A DNA stretch of 33,775 nucleotides from NCBI GenBank assembly GCA_029974275.1, contig JARKSN010000024.1, positions 1-33,775 of the forward strand, written 5' to 3'. Positions 17,756 through 26,051 of the stretch are shown here, one piece after another (position 1 is the stretch's first letter; every line of letters begins with the position of its first letter). The notes beneath the pieces are model-generated. The model searched no databases. It saw nothing but the letters and a program-made list of their open reading frames with translations, and was not told where the DNA came from. The position numbers and the translations under genes are program-made. The DNA is from Candidatus Hydrogenedentota bacterium. GTDB lineage: Bacteria; Hydrogenedentota; Hydrogenedentia; Hydrogenedentales; SLHB01.

Positions 17756-19402
17756 GTGCATATGCGATGCAGACGATCGGCGTGGGCGGCGTTTCTGATT
17801 TTGCTGGTCTTCCCGCTCGCCGGGTGCGGCGCCCGGGAGACGCGCGTGCAGCAGGGGACGCGCGTGCAGCAGGGGACGCGCGACGGCGTGTTGCATATCG
17901 GCAACGACGCGGAGCCGCAGGAATTGGATCCGCATCTCGTCACGGGCGTGCCGGAGCACCGCATTTTGCTGTCGTTGTTCGAAGGGCTGACCACGCTCGA
18001 CCCCAAAACGCTCGAACCAAAACCGGGGGTCGCCGAATCGTGGACAGTCTCCGACGATCAACTCGTGTACACCTTCACGCTGAGGAAGGACGCACGGTGG
18101 AGCGATGGCAGCCCGGTCACGGCGCAGGATTTTGTGTATGCGTGGCGGCGCATTCTTTCCCCAAAACTCGCCGCCGAGTACGCGTACATGTTGCATTGCA
18201 TCCAGAACGCGAAAGAGTTCAACGAGGGTGCGCTTACGGACTTTTCGCAGGTTGGCGCGAAGGCGCTTGACGACTACGCCTTGCAGGTCACGCTCGCCCA
18301 TCCGACGCCAAGTCTGTTGTCGATGCAGGTGCATTCGTCGTGGTTCCCCGTGAAGCGAGCGAGTATCGAAAAGCACGGCGCGATCGACGTGCGCAACAGC
18401 GGTTGGACGCGGCCCGGTGAATTGGCGAGCAACGGTCCGTTCAAACTGACTGAGTGGAAACCGGGGCAGGTGATCGTCGTCGCAAAAAACGAACACTATT
18501 GGGACGCGACCTCGGTGAAGCTCAACGCGGTGCGCTTCTACCCGATGGAGGATCTTCAGACGGAGGAGCGCAGTTTCCGTTCGGGCGACCTGCACATCAC
18601 GGGCGACATGCCGATCGGCAAGATACCCGTGTATCAACGCGAGAACTCCGCCGCGCTGGTGATTCATCCCTATCTGGGCACCTATTTCTACCGGTTCAAC
18701 GTCACGAAACCGCCGTTCACCGACGCGCGGGTGCGCAAGGCCTTTGCGCTCGCGCTGAATCGCGACGAGATCGTGCAGAACGTGACGAAAGGCGGCGAAC
18801 GCGCGGCTTCGTCGTTCGTTCCGCCCGACACCGCGGGCTACACCTCCGCGAACGCAATGCCCTACGATCCCGATCAAGCGCGCAAGCTGCTCGCGGAAGC
18901 GGGCTTCCCGAACGGACAAGGCCTGCCGCCGGTCGAACTGCTATACAACACCAGCGAGAACCACAAGCTGATCGCCGAGGCCGCAGCCGAAATGTGGAAG
19001 AAGGAGCTGGGCGTGATGGTGACCTTGCTCAATCAAGACTGGAAGGTCTACTTGTCGTCGATGAACGCCCTTGATTACCAGATGGCGCGTTCGGCGTGGG
19101 TGGGCGACGTGCTCGATCCCATCAACTTTCTCGAATGCTTCCTGACGGGCGGCGGCAACAACCGCACGGGCTGGTCGTCGCCGCGCTATGACGCGCTCAT
19201 CGCGCAAGCGCAGCGAGCCGCGGATGCCGGTGAACGCAATCGCCTGCTCAACGAGGCCGAGGGGATCCTGCTCGACGAAGCGCCGATCATCCCCGTGTAC
19301 ACATACACGCGCAAGTTCCTGAAGTCGCCGGCCCTGAAAGGATGGGAGCCGAATATTCTGGGGTACGTGTTGTATAAGAACCTCTCGCTCGGGGCGTCAT
19401 GA
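17756..19402 (+). CDS. oppA: Oligopeptide ABC transporter substrate-binding lipoprotein
   Basis: Lipobox LAGC; LDPH, LFEGL, PGVAESW, WSDG.PVTA.DF and NGPF family-5 motifs. TATAAT at 17718-17723 upstream. Confidence 0.93.
   Translation: MHMRCRRSAWAAFLILLVFPLAGCGARETRVQQGTRVQQGTRDGVLHIGNDAEPQELDPHLVTGVPEHRILLSLFEGLTTLDPKTLEPKPGVAESWTVSDDQLVYTFTLRKDARWSDGSPVTAQDFVYAWRRILSPKLAAEYAYMLHCIQNAKEFNEGALTDFSQVGAKALDDYALQVTLAHPTPSLLSMQVHSSWFPVKRASIEKHGAIDVRNSGWTRPGELASNGPFKLTEWKPGQVIVVAKNEHYWDATSVKLNAVRFYPMEDLQTEERSFRSGDLHITGDMPIGKIPVYQRENSAALVIHPYLGTYFYRFNVTKPPFTDARVRKAFALALNRDEIVQNVTKGGERAASSFVPPDTAGYTSANAMPYDPDQARKLLAEAGFPNGQGLPPVELLYNTSENHKLIAEAAAEMWKKELGVMVTLLNQDWKVYLSSMNALDYQMARSAWVGDVLDPINFLECFLTGGGNNRTGWSSPRYDALIAQAQRAADAGERNRLLNEAEGILLDEAPIIPVYTYTRKFLKSPALKGWEPNILGYVLYKNLSLGAS
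17839..17882 (+). repeat. 18-bp in-frame tandem duplication in the oppA linker
   Basis: GACGCGCGTGCAGCAGGG twice plus GACGCGCG, encoding TRVQQG-TRVQQG-TR. Confidence 0.9.
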
Positions 19403-20322
19403 TAGCGTTTGTCGCGAGACGCCTGCTGCAATTCATCCCGGTGCTCTTCGTCATCGCCACGGCAACGTTCTTCCTCGTGCGCCTCGCGCCGGGAGGGCCG
19501 TTCGACAGTGAGCGGGCGGTTTCGGCGGAAGTCCGCGCGCAACTCGACGCGCAATACCACCTCGACGCGCCGCTCGCGGTGCAATATCGCGATTACATGG
19601 TCGCCTTGCTGCACGGTGATCTTGGTCCGTCGTTCAAGAACCCCAGCCGCAGCGTCAGCGAATGGATCGTGTTGCGTTTTCCGATCTCGCTGGAACTTGG
19701 CGCCTACGCCCTTGTCGTCGCGTTGACTATTGGCCTTGTCGCGGGGGTGCTCGCGTCGACACGTCCCAACAGTATCCGCGATCACGCCGCAATGTCTTTC
19801 GCCATGGCGGGTATCTGCATTCCGAACTTCGTGCTGGGGCCGCTGCTTGTCCTCGTGTTCGCACTATGGTTGCGCTGGTTGCCCGTATCGGGTTGGGACT
19901 CGGCGGCCTGCAAAGTCTTGCCGTCGATCACGCTCGGCGCGATGTATGCCGCGTACATTGCGCGATTGACGCGCGGCGGCATGCTCGATGTCCTTGCGCA
20001 AGATTTCATTCGCACGGCACGCGCGCGGGGGTTGTCGGAGGCGCGCATTGTGGTGCGGCATGGCCTGCGCAACGGGCTGCAGCCGGTAGTCGCGTTTCTC
20101 GGTCCTGCGGCGGCGGGATTGCTGACGGGGTCTTTCGCGGTCGAGACGATTTTTCGCGTGCCGGGGCTGGGGCGTGAATTCGTTCAGGCCGCGTTCAACC
20201 GCGATTATACGATGATCATCGGGACCGTTCTCTTCTACGCGACGTTGATCCTCCTGTTTAATTTGTTGGTCGACCTCGCGCAGGCATGGCTCGACCCGAG
20301 GGTGCGACATGACGGTGCGTGA
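19399..20322 (+). CDS. oppB: Oligopeptide ABC transporter permease
   Basis: APGGPF, GDLGPS, DFIRTARARGL (EAA-like loop), RDY. ATGA overlap with oppA. Confidence 0.93.
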   Translation: MIAFVARRLLQFIPVLFVIATATFFLVRLAPGGPFDSERAVSAEVRAQLDAQYHLDAPLAVQYRDYMVALLHGDLGPSFKNPSRSVSEWIVLRFPISLELGAYALVVALTIGLVAGVLASTRPNSIRDHAAMSFAMAGICIPNFVLGPLLVLVFALWLRWLPVSGWDSAACKVLPSITLGAMYAAYIARLTRGGMLDVLAQDFIRTARARGLSEARIVVRHGLRNGLQPVVAFLGPAAAGLLTGSFAVETIFRVPGLGREFVQAAFNRDYTMIIGTVLFYATLILLFNLLVDLAQAWLDPRVRHDGA

Positions 20323-21184
20323 TCACGCCATACAACCGGGCGTCTCGCTCTGGCAGGATGCATGGCGCAGGCTTTGCAAGAATCGCCTTGCCGTCGCCGG
20401 GCTTGTGATTCTATTGATGCAGGCTGCCTTCGCCCTCGCAACGCCGTGGATTGCCCCGTATGCGTACGATGCGCAGGACCGCGCACTCGGCGCCGCCGCG
20501 CCCAGCGCGCAACATTGGCTCGGAACCGATCAACTGGGCCGCGACCTCTTCACGCGCATTCTCTACGGCGGACGTATCTCGCTGTTGGTTGGGTTCGTTG
20601 CGACCGCGGTGGCATTGATCATTGGCGTGTCCTACGGGGCCTTTGCGGGCTACGCCGGAGGCCGCACGGATGCGTGCCTCATGCGTATCGTGGATATCCT
20701 CTACGCACTGCCGTTCACGGTGTTTGTCATCATCCTCACCGTATTTTTCGGCAGGAGTCTCGTGCTGCTCTTCGCGGCGATTGGCGCGGTCGAATGGCTC
20801 ACCATGGCGCGGATCGTGCGCGGACAAGTTCGTTCGCTCAAGCAAAAAGAATTCATCGAAGCCGCCTACGCACTTGGCCTGTCGCGAAGCCGAATTCTCG
20901 CGTGCCACATCGTGCCCAACGCGCTCGGGCCCATCATCGTCTACGCCACGTTGACCGTGCCGAACGTCATGCTGCTCGAAGCGTTCCTCAGTTTTCTCGG
21001 ACTCGGCGTGCAAGCGCCCATGAGTTCTTGGGGCATTTTGATAAAGGAAGGCGTCGAGACCATGGAGGAATATCCGTGGTTGCTGATTTTCCCGAGCGTC
21101 GCGCTGTCCGTTACCCTCTTCGCCCTGAACTTCCTCGGCGACGGACTCCGCGACGCATTGGACCCGAAACGGTCCGGGGATTAG
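20309..21184 (+). CDS. oppC: Oligopeptide ABC transporter permease
   Basis: HWLGTDQLGRD, EFIEAA.ALG, LSFLGLG, NFLGDGLRDALDP. Confidence 0.94.
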   Translation: MTVRDHAIQPGVSLWQDAWRRLCKNRLAVAGLVILLMQAAFALATPWIAPYAYDAQDRALGAAAPSAQHWLGTDQLGRDLFTRILYGGRISLLVGFVATAVALIIGVSYGAFAGYAGGRTDACLMRIVDILYALPFTVFVIILTVFFGRSLVLLFAAIGAVEWLTMARIVRGQVRSLKQKEFIEAAYALGLSRSRILACHIVPNALGPIIVYATLTVPNVMLLEAFLSFLGLGVQAPMSSWGILIKEGVETMEEYPWLLIFPSVALSVTLFALNFLGDGLRDALDPKRSGD

Positions 21185-21210
21185 AGTAGTAGGACGACGA
21201 AAGACTCACT

Positions 21211-21891
21211 GTGAAAACGATAAGAACGCACTGCAACGGTTGCTTTGGTCAGCGCGATCACGAAGTTTTGCATCGCGAAATAGTAGAGAGATACGAGGAA
21301 TTTGCGCCTGGTGATTTCGAGCATAGGCGCGATGAGTATATTTTGGTCAAGTGCTGTGGGTGTCAGTCAGTAGCGTTGCTCCATGACATGACATCGATGC
21401 CCTTTAGTGAGTGGGCTCACAATCGATATCCCCCGGAAGAAACCAGACAAAGGCCAGAACGAATATTCTCTCTTCCGCTAGAGAGAGACGTCAACTCTCT
21501 TTTGAACGAAATATATACCGCACTTCCGAGCCATCTCTATCGTCTTGTGGTCATGGGGATAAGGTCTCTCCTTGAACGCATCATGATCCATAAGAACGGA
21601 GACTGCGGGACTTTCAGGGAGAATCTCCGTTCTTTTTTGGATATGAACTTCATCTCAAAATCCGATTTCGACCTTCTGGTGAAGGCCTTTGAAGTTGGGC
21701 ATGCTGCAACACACAGAGGATATGACCCATCAAGGGAAGAGGCGCTTCTTTTGCTGGATATTGCAGAGCATATTATGGAGTGTGTCTATGCAAACGCAGA
21801 GAGGGCCGAGAGGCTAAACCAACATTCTTTGCCCCCCAGGCAAAAAGCAGAAAGAACAAAAGGAAAACTGAATCCGAACGACAAGACTTAA
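21211..21891 (+). CDS. DUF4145-like (HEPN-like) protein with N-terminal Zn ribbon
   Basis: CNGC...CCGC pair; EIY.AL...MGIRSLLE and GHAATH typical of DUF4145. Visibly AT-richer than its neighbours. Confidence 0.75.
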   Translation: MKTIRTHCNGCFGQRDHEVLHREIVERYEEFAPGDFEHRRDEYILVKCCGCQSVALLHDMTSMPFSEWAHNRYPPEETRQRPERIFSLPLERDVNSLLNEIYTALPSHLYRLVVMGIRSLLERIMIHKNGDCGTFRENLRSFLDMNFISKSDFDLLVKAFEVGHAATHRGYDPSREEALLLLDIAEHIMECVYANAERAERLNQHSLPPRQKAERTKGKLNPNDKT

Positions 21892-21900
21892 CGATTCTTC

Positions 21901-21930
21901 ATCTGTGTCTATCTGTGTGTATCTGTGGTT
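21901..21930 (+). repeat. 10-bp-period tandem repeat ATCTGTG(nnn) x3
   Basis: ATCTGTGTCT ATCTGTGTGT ATCTGTGGTT between the DUF4145 gene and oppD. Confidence 0.85.
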
Positions 21931-21950
21931 CAATTTCTTAAAGTGTATTT

Positions 21951-22922
21951 ATGTCGCTACTGACCGTTGAGAATCTGCGGACCTATTTCCACACCCGCGC
22001 GGGCGTTGTTCGCGCGGTGGGAGGGGTGTCGTTTGTGGTGGAGGCGGGGGAGACGCTTGGGATTGTGGGCGAATCGGGGTGTGGCAAGACGGTGACGTGC
22101 TTGTCGCTGCTGGGATTGTTGCCGACGCCGCCCGCGAAGGTCGAGAGTGGCGTAGCGCTGTTTGATGGACAGGATTTGCTGCACTGCTCGATGCAGGACT
22201 TGCGACGCGTGCGTGGCAAGGACATCGCGATGGTGTTTCAGGACCCGATGACCGCGCTGAATCCCTGCATGACCACCGGCGCACAGGTGGCCGAGGCGCT
22301 GGTGGTGCATGAACGTTGTTCGCGCACAGACGCGCGCGCGCGCGCCATCGAGGCCCTCGAATCCGTGGGCATACCCGACGCCGCATCGCGGCTCGATGCA
22401 TATCCCCACGAGTTCTCCGGCGGCATGCGGCAACGCGTGATGATCGCGGCGGCGTTGATCGCGCATCCGCGTTTGCTCATCGCCGACGAGCCCACGACTG
22501 CACTCGATGTCACGGTGCAGGCGCAAATCCTCGACCTCATCAAAGCGCGCCAACGCGAAATGGGCATGGCGGTCATTCTCGTCACGCATGACCTCGGCGT
22601 CGTTGCGGAGACGTGCGATCGCGTGGCCGTGATGTACGCGGGGCAAATTGTCGAATCCGCACGCGTCGAGGCGTTATTCACCGCGCCGCAGCATCCTTAC
22701 ACGCGCGCATTGATGCGGTCATTGCCAGCGGCCCATGCCCGCGGCGAATCGCTCTACACGATACCCGGTCGCCCCCCCGATCTCATCGCGCCGATTGCGG
22801 GCTGTCCCTTCGCGCCTCGCTGTGAGCACGCGACAGAAGTCTGCCGGGCGCCGGTCTCACTACAGGAAGTGCGGCCGGGGCATTGCAGCGCATGCACGCG
22901 CGTACAGACGGGCGATTTATGA
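21951..22922 (+). CDS. oppD: Oligopeptide ABC transporter ATP-binding protein
   Basis: GESGCGKT, FQDP, FSGGMRQR, IADEPTTALD, THDL, HPYT and C-terminal GCPFAPRC. Confidence 0.95.
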   Translation: MSLLTVENLRTYFHTRAGVVRAVGGVSFVVEAGETLGIVGESGCGKTVTCLSLLGLLPTPPAKVESGVALFDGQDLLHCSMQDLRRVRGKDIAMVFQDPMTALNPCMTTGAQVAEALVVHERCSRTDARARAIEALESVGIPDAASRLDAYPHEFSGGMRQRVMIAAALIAHPRLLIADEPTTALDVTVQAQILDLIKARQREMGMAVILVTHDLGVVAETCDRVAVMYAGQIVESARVEALFTAPQHPYTRALMRSLPAAHARGESLYTIPGRPPDLIAPIAGCPFAPRCEHATEVCRAPVSLQEVRPGHCSACTRVQTGDL

Positions 22923-23535
22923 GCGGTCCGCGATTGTGAGTGCGCGATTTGTGCGTCCACTATCCCACGCGCGACGGCTTCTTCGCTAGGAGCACGGGCG
23001 TGGTGAAGGCGGTCGAGGGCGTGTCGTTCGACATCGCACGAGGCGGAATCCTTGGCGCTGTCGGTGAATCCGGGTGTGGCAAATCGACCGTTGCGCGGAC
23101 GAGCCTGTGTCAGCACTCGATGTATCGGTGCAAGCGCAGGTGTTGAATCTGTTCGCGCGCTTGGGCCGCGAAGACGGGCTGACGTTGCTGTTCATCGCGC
23201 ACGATCTCAGCGTTGTGAAGCATATCGCCCACCACGTTGCGGTGATGTATATCGGCAAGATCGTGGAAGCCGGCCCGGCGTTGGACGTTTTCGCGCATCC
23301 GCTTCATCCGTACACGCAGACCCTCATTCAAGCCGCGCCCATTGCCGATCCCCGGCGCGCGCGCAGCCGTCAGCGCCTATCTCTTGAAGGCGAGCCGCCC
23401 TCGCCGCTATGTCCGCCGGCAGGATGCCCGTTTCATCCGCGTTGCCCGAAGGCCGGGTCCGAATGCCGCACCCAGCCTCCATCGCTGGAAACAATAAACG
23501 CGCACCATCAGGCGGCATGTTTTCGGTTGGATTGA
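22919..23535 (+). pseudogene. oppF: Disrupted oligopeptide ABC ATPase
   Basis: ATG 22919 hits TGA at 22937-22939. Walker A ([12 protein letters not shown]) is joined out of frame at ~23098 to DEPVSALD, so the Q-loop and LSGGQ signature are absent. The C-terminal half is intact to TGA 23535. Confidence 0.88.
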
Positions 23536-23619
23536 TTTCCTTGACGTTCGGCGTCTTTCGGCAGCGTCCCGCACGCGTGTTTCCTTCGCGCGCCCTTGTA
23601 TGGGGCGCACGGAGCCGCG

Positions 23620-24135
23620 TCATTTATCCGCCGGCGTGCCGGGCTGGCCATCCCACGCCCCGCCCGAACTGAACGAATACCGGTATGTTTCCGCGCCCGT
23701 CACGCCGGTCTTGATGATGGCAGGCTCGGCCGCGGCCTCCGTGCGATTGGACTTCCTGGGGCTTTGGTATACGTGGTAGCGGAACTGGATATACCCGAAG
23801 TAGCCGCGTTCGCTCCCGGCGGTTTGCGTGCCGGCAGTCGCCTCGAGGGGCGAGAAGCTTTCGTAGTTCTTCACTTCGCGGTAATACTGGCCTTTCAGAT
23901 TCCCCTCGCTTTGGAATTTGATCTCGCCCTGGCGCGCCGCCATGTTCATGCGTTTCATCTCGGCTTCGCCCACGCCGCGCAACCGCTCCATCAGTTTGTC
24001 CGACGGCGAAACATAGCCCTCCGGCTTCTCGCCAACGCCAAAGTCGTACATGACTTTGTTGAGAACCTCATTGGGCGTGCGTTGACAGGCGCAGAGCAAC
24101 ACCGAAACGCCTACAATGGCAACTCTCTTGAGCAT
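23620..24135 (-). CDS. Hypothetical lipoprotein
   Basis: Signal peptide with lipobox-like LCAC; SD AAAGGAG; own promoter upstream. Confidence 0.75.
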   Translation of the reverse strand: MLKRVAIVGVSVLLCACQRTPNEVLNKVMYDFGVGEKPEGYVSPSDKLMERLRGVGEAEMKRMNMAARQGEIKFQSEGNLKGQYYREVKNYESFSPLEATAGTQTAGSERGYFGYIQFRYHVYQSPRKSNRTEAAAEPAIIKTGVTGAETYRYSFSSGGAWDGQPGTPADK

Positions 24136-24249
24136 GACGACTCCTTTCGGCGGTCTGTCAACGGTCTTCTGCCCGCCAACATCCCGGACGGTTCCTTACG
24201 GGCGACGCCTCGCCGACGCCGCGAGCGATGCGTCTCTCTGTCGCCATTG

Positions 24250-24278
24250 ATGGTACCCGAGGACTCCGCCCGATTCAA
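24250..24278 (-). promoter_or_regulatory. Putative sigma70 promoter of the lipoprotein gene
   Basis: Minus strand TTGAAT, 17-nt spacer, TACCAT. Confidence 0.55.
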
Positions 24279-24350
24279 CGGAAGCGCCGTCTCTTTGGGC
24301 GCGCGTCATTTTTCGATGCGTCGGATGGCTGGATACGCAGAAGAAAATGT

Positions 24351-26051
24351 CTAGGTTCGCGCCCATTTCTCGATGGCCTCGATGAGAGCGGCGATGTCGT
24401 GCGTTGCGGGCTGCACCGCGAGGGTCAAGCCGTTGGCGATCGCCGTACGCGCCGTGATGGGGCCAATGGCCGCGAACGAGGCGGTTTCCTTGATGCGGCG
24501 CAGGCGTTCGGGTCCAAGCATTCGGCAGAAGTTGGCTGCGGTCGAGGAACTCGTGAACACAACTAGGTCGGGACGGATCGCCGTCAACGCGTCGGCGCGG
24601 CCTTCGGGCGTTTCAGGCATGACGGTTCGGTAGACCACAAGCTCGGTGACGCGTCCTCCCCGTTCGCGCAACGCATCAGGCAAAACGCTCCGGGCCAAAT
24701 CGCCGCGCGGCCATAGAAAACGCTTTCCGCGAAGATCGGGTTCCGCCGCAACGATCGACGCGACAACCCCCTCGGCCACGAAGCGTTCCGGCATGACCGA
24801 CACGTCCAGGCCGTATTTTCGGACGGATTTCGCCGTCGCCGTTCCGACGGCGGCGATTCGCGCATGGGCAAACGCGCCGGGCGCGCAGCCCGTCCGCTTC
24901 AAGAGCCCGAAGAACTGCCGCACGGCGTTCGCGCTGGTGAAGACGACCCAATCGTAGGTCTCGGGGTCGCCGAAGGAGATTTCGTCCGAAACGGGCTCGA
25001 TGGCGACCGTCGCAAATTCGATGGTCTCCGCGCCGCGCGCGCGCAATGGGCGCGAAAGCCCCGCCGCTTGGTCTTCCGATCGCGTGACGACAATGCGCTT
25101 GCCCTTCAAAGGAAGCGTCGCGTCGGCGCCACGGGTTTCCGCCGTCAACAACGCATCGGCGCCGCGCCGGCGCAAGGTTTGAGCAGCTTGACGCGCAATC
25201 GTTTCCGCATCCGCGGGAAGCCCTTCCTCCATGACCCGCAGTTCTTCCGAACCGTCCGTCCGGGAGAGGCATCCCATCAAAACCAACCGGTCGCCTTCCG
25301 CGCGCGCCAACGCACCCAACGGCGTTTGGCAGCCGCCGCCCAACGCGGCAAGCAAACCGCGCTCGGCGGCCGTCTCCGCTCCTGCCGCGGGATCGTGCAG
25401 CCGTTGCAACAAGGCAAGAACAGCGACGTCGGAGGCGCGCGCCTCGAGGGCGAGCGCGCCCTGTCCCGGCGCAGGAACCATCCACTGTTCCGAGAGAACC
25501 TGGCGAATCGCGTCGTTGCGTCCAAGCCGGCGCAGGCCGGCGCAGGCCAATATGGCCGCATCGATCTGCCCGTCCGCGACTTTGCGCAGGCGGGTGTCGA
25601 GATTGCCGCGCAGATCGACGACGCGAAGGTCGGGTCTTCGGGCGCGCAACTGCGCGGCGCGCCGCAAACTCGACGTGCCGACGACGGCGCCGCGAGGCAA
25701 TAGGTCGATCGACGCGTATTGCACGGACACGAAGGCGTCGTGCGGGTCCTCGCGCGCAGGAACCGCCGCCAGGATCAAACCCTCGGGAAGTTCGGTGGGC
25801 AGGTCTTTCATGCTGTGCACCGCCACATCGATGCGCCCGTCGAGCAGGGCTTCCTCGATTTCCTTGGTGAAGAGCCCTTTTCCGCCGATTCGCGACAAAG
25901 GGGCATCGAGGATGCGGTCGCCCGTCGTCGTGATGATCTCCTGCCGTACGGACACGTGCGGCGCGAGTGCGTGAATGCGCGCGGCAATGTGCTGCGCTTG
26001 GACGAGGGCCAGTTGGCTTCCGCGCGATCCGATGACAAGAGAGGCTTTCAT
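24351..26051 (-). CDS. hemC: Hydroxymethylbilane synthase fused to uroporphyrinogen-III synthase (HemC-HemD)
   Basis: GSRGSQLAL.Q, GKGLFTKE, VHSMKD, GTSSLRR, RGNLDTRL, GGCQ (HemC), then PLKGKRIVVTR, FTSANAV, VYRT, FTSSST, IGPITA (HemD). ATG 26051 overlaps the hemA stop. Confidence 0.93.
   Translation of the reverse strand: MKASLVIGSRGSQLALVQAQHIAARIHALAPHVSVRQEIITTTGDRILDAPLSRIGGKGLFTKEIEEALLDGRIDVAVHSMKDLPTELPEGLILAAVPAREDPHDAFVSVQYASIDLLPRGAVVGTSSLRRAAQLRARRPDLRVVDLRGNLDTRLRKVADGQIDAAILACAGLRRLGRNDAIRQVLSEQWMVPAPGQGALALEARASDVAVLALLQRLHDPAAGAETAAERGLLAALGGGCQTPLGALARAEGDRLVLMGCLSRTDGSEELRVMEEGLPADAETIARQAAQTLRRRGADALLTAETRGADATLPLKGKRIVVTRSEDQAAGLSRPLRARGAETIEFATVAIEPVSDEISFGDPETYDWVVFTSANAVRQFFGLLKRTGCAPGAFAHARIAAVGTATAKSVRKYGLDVSVMPERFVAEGVVASIVAAEPDLRGKRFLWPRGDLARSVLPDALRERGGRVTELVVYRTVMPETPEGRADALTAIRPDLVVFTSSSTAANFCRMLGPERLRRIKETASFAAIGPITARTAIANGLTLAVQPATHDIAALIEAIEKWART

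Noticed and set aside
22937..22939. Selenocysteine or programmed read-through at the oppF TGA
   Set aside because: Non-catalytic position, and the downstream deletion removes the ABC signature anyway.
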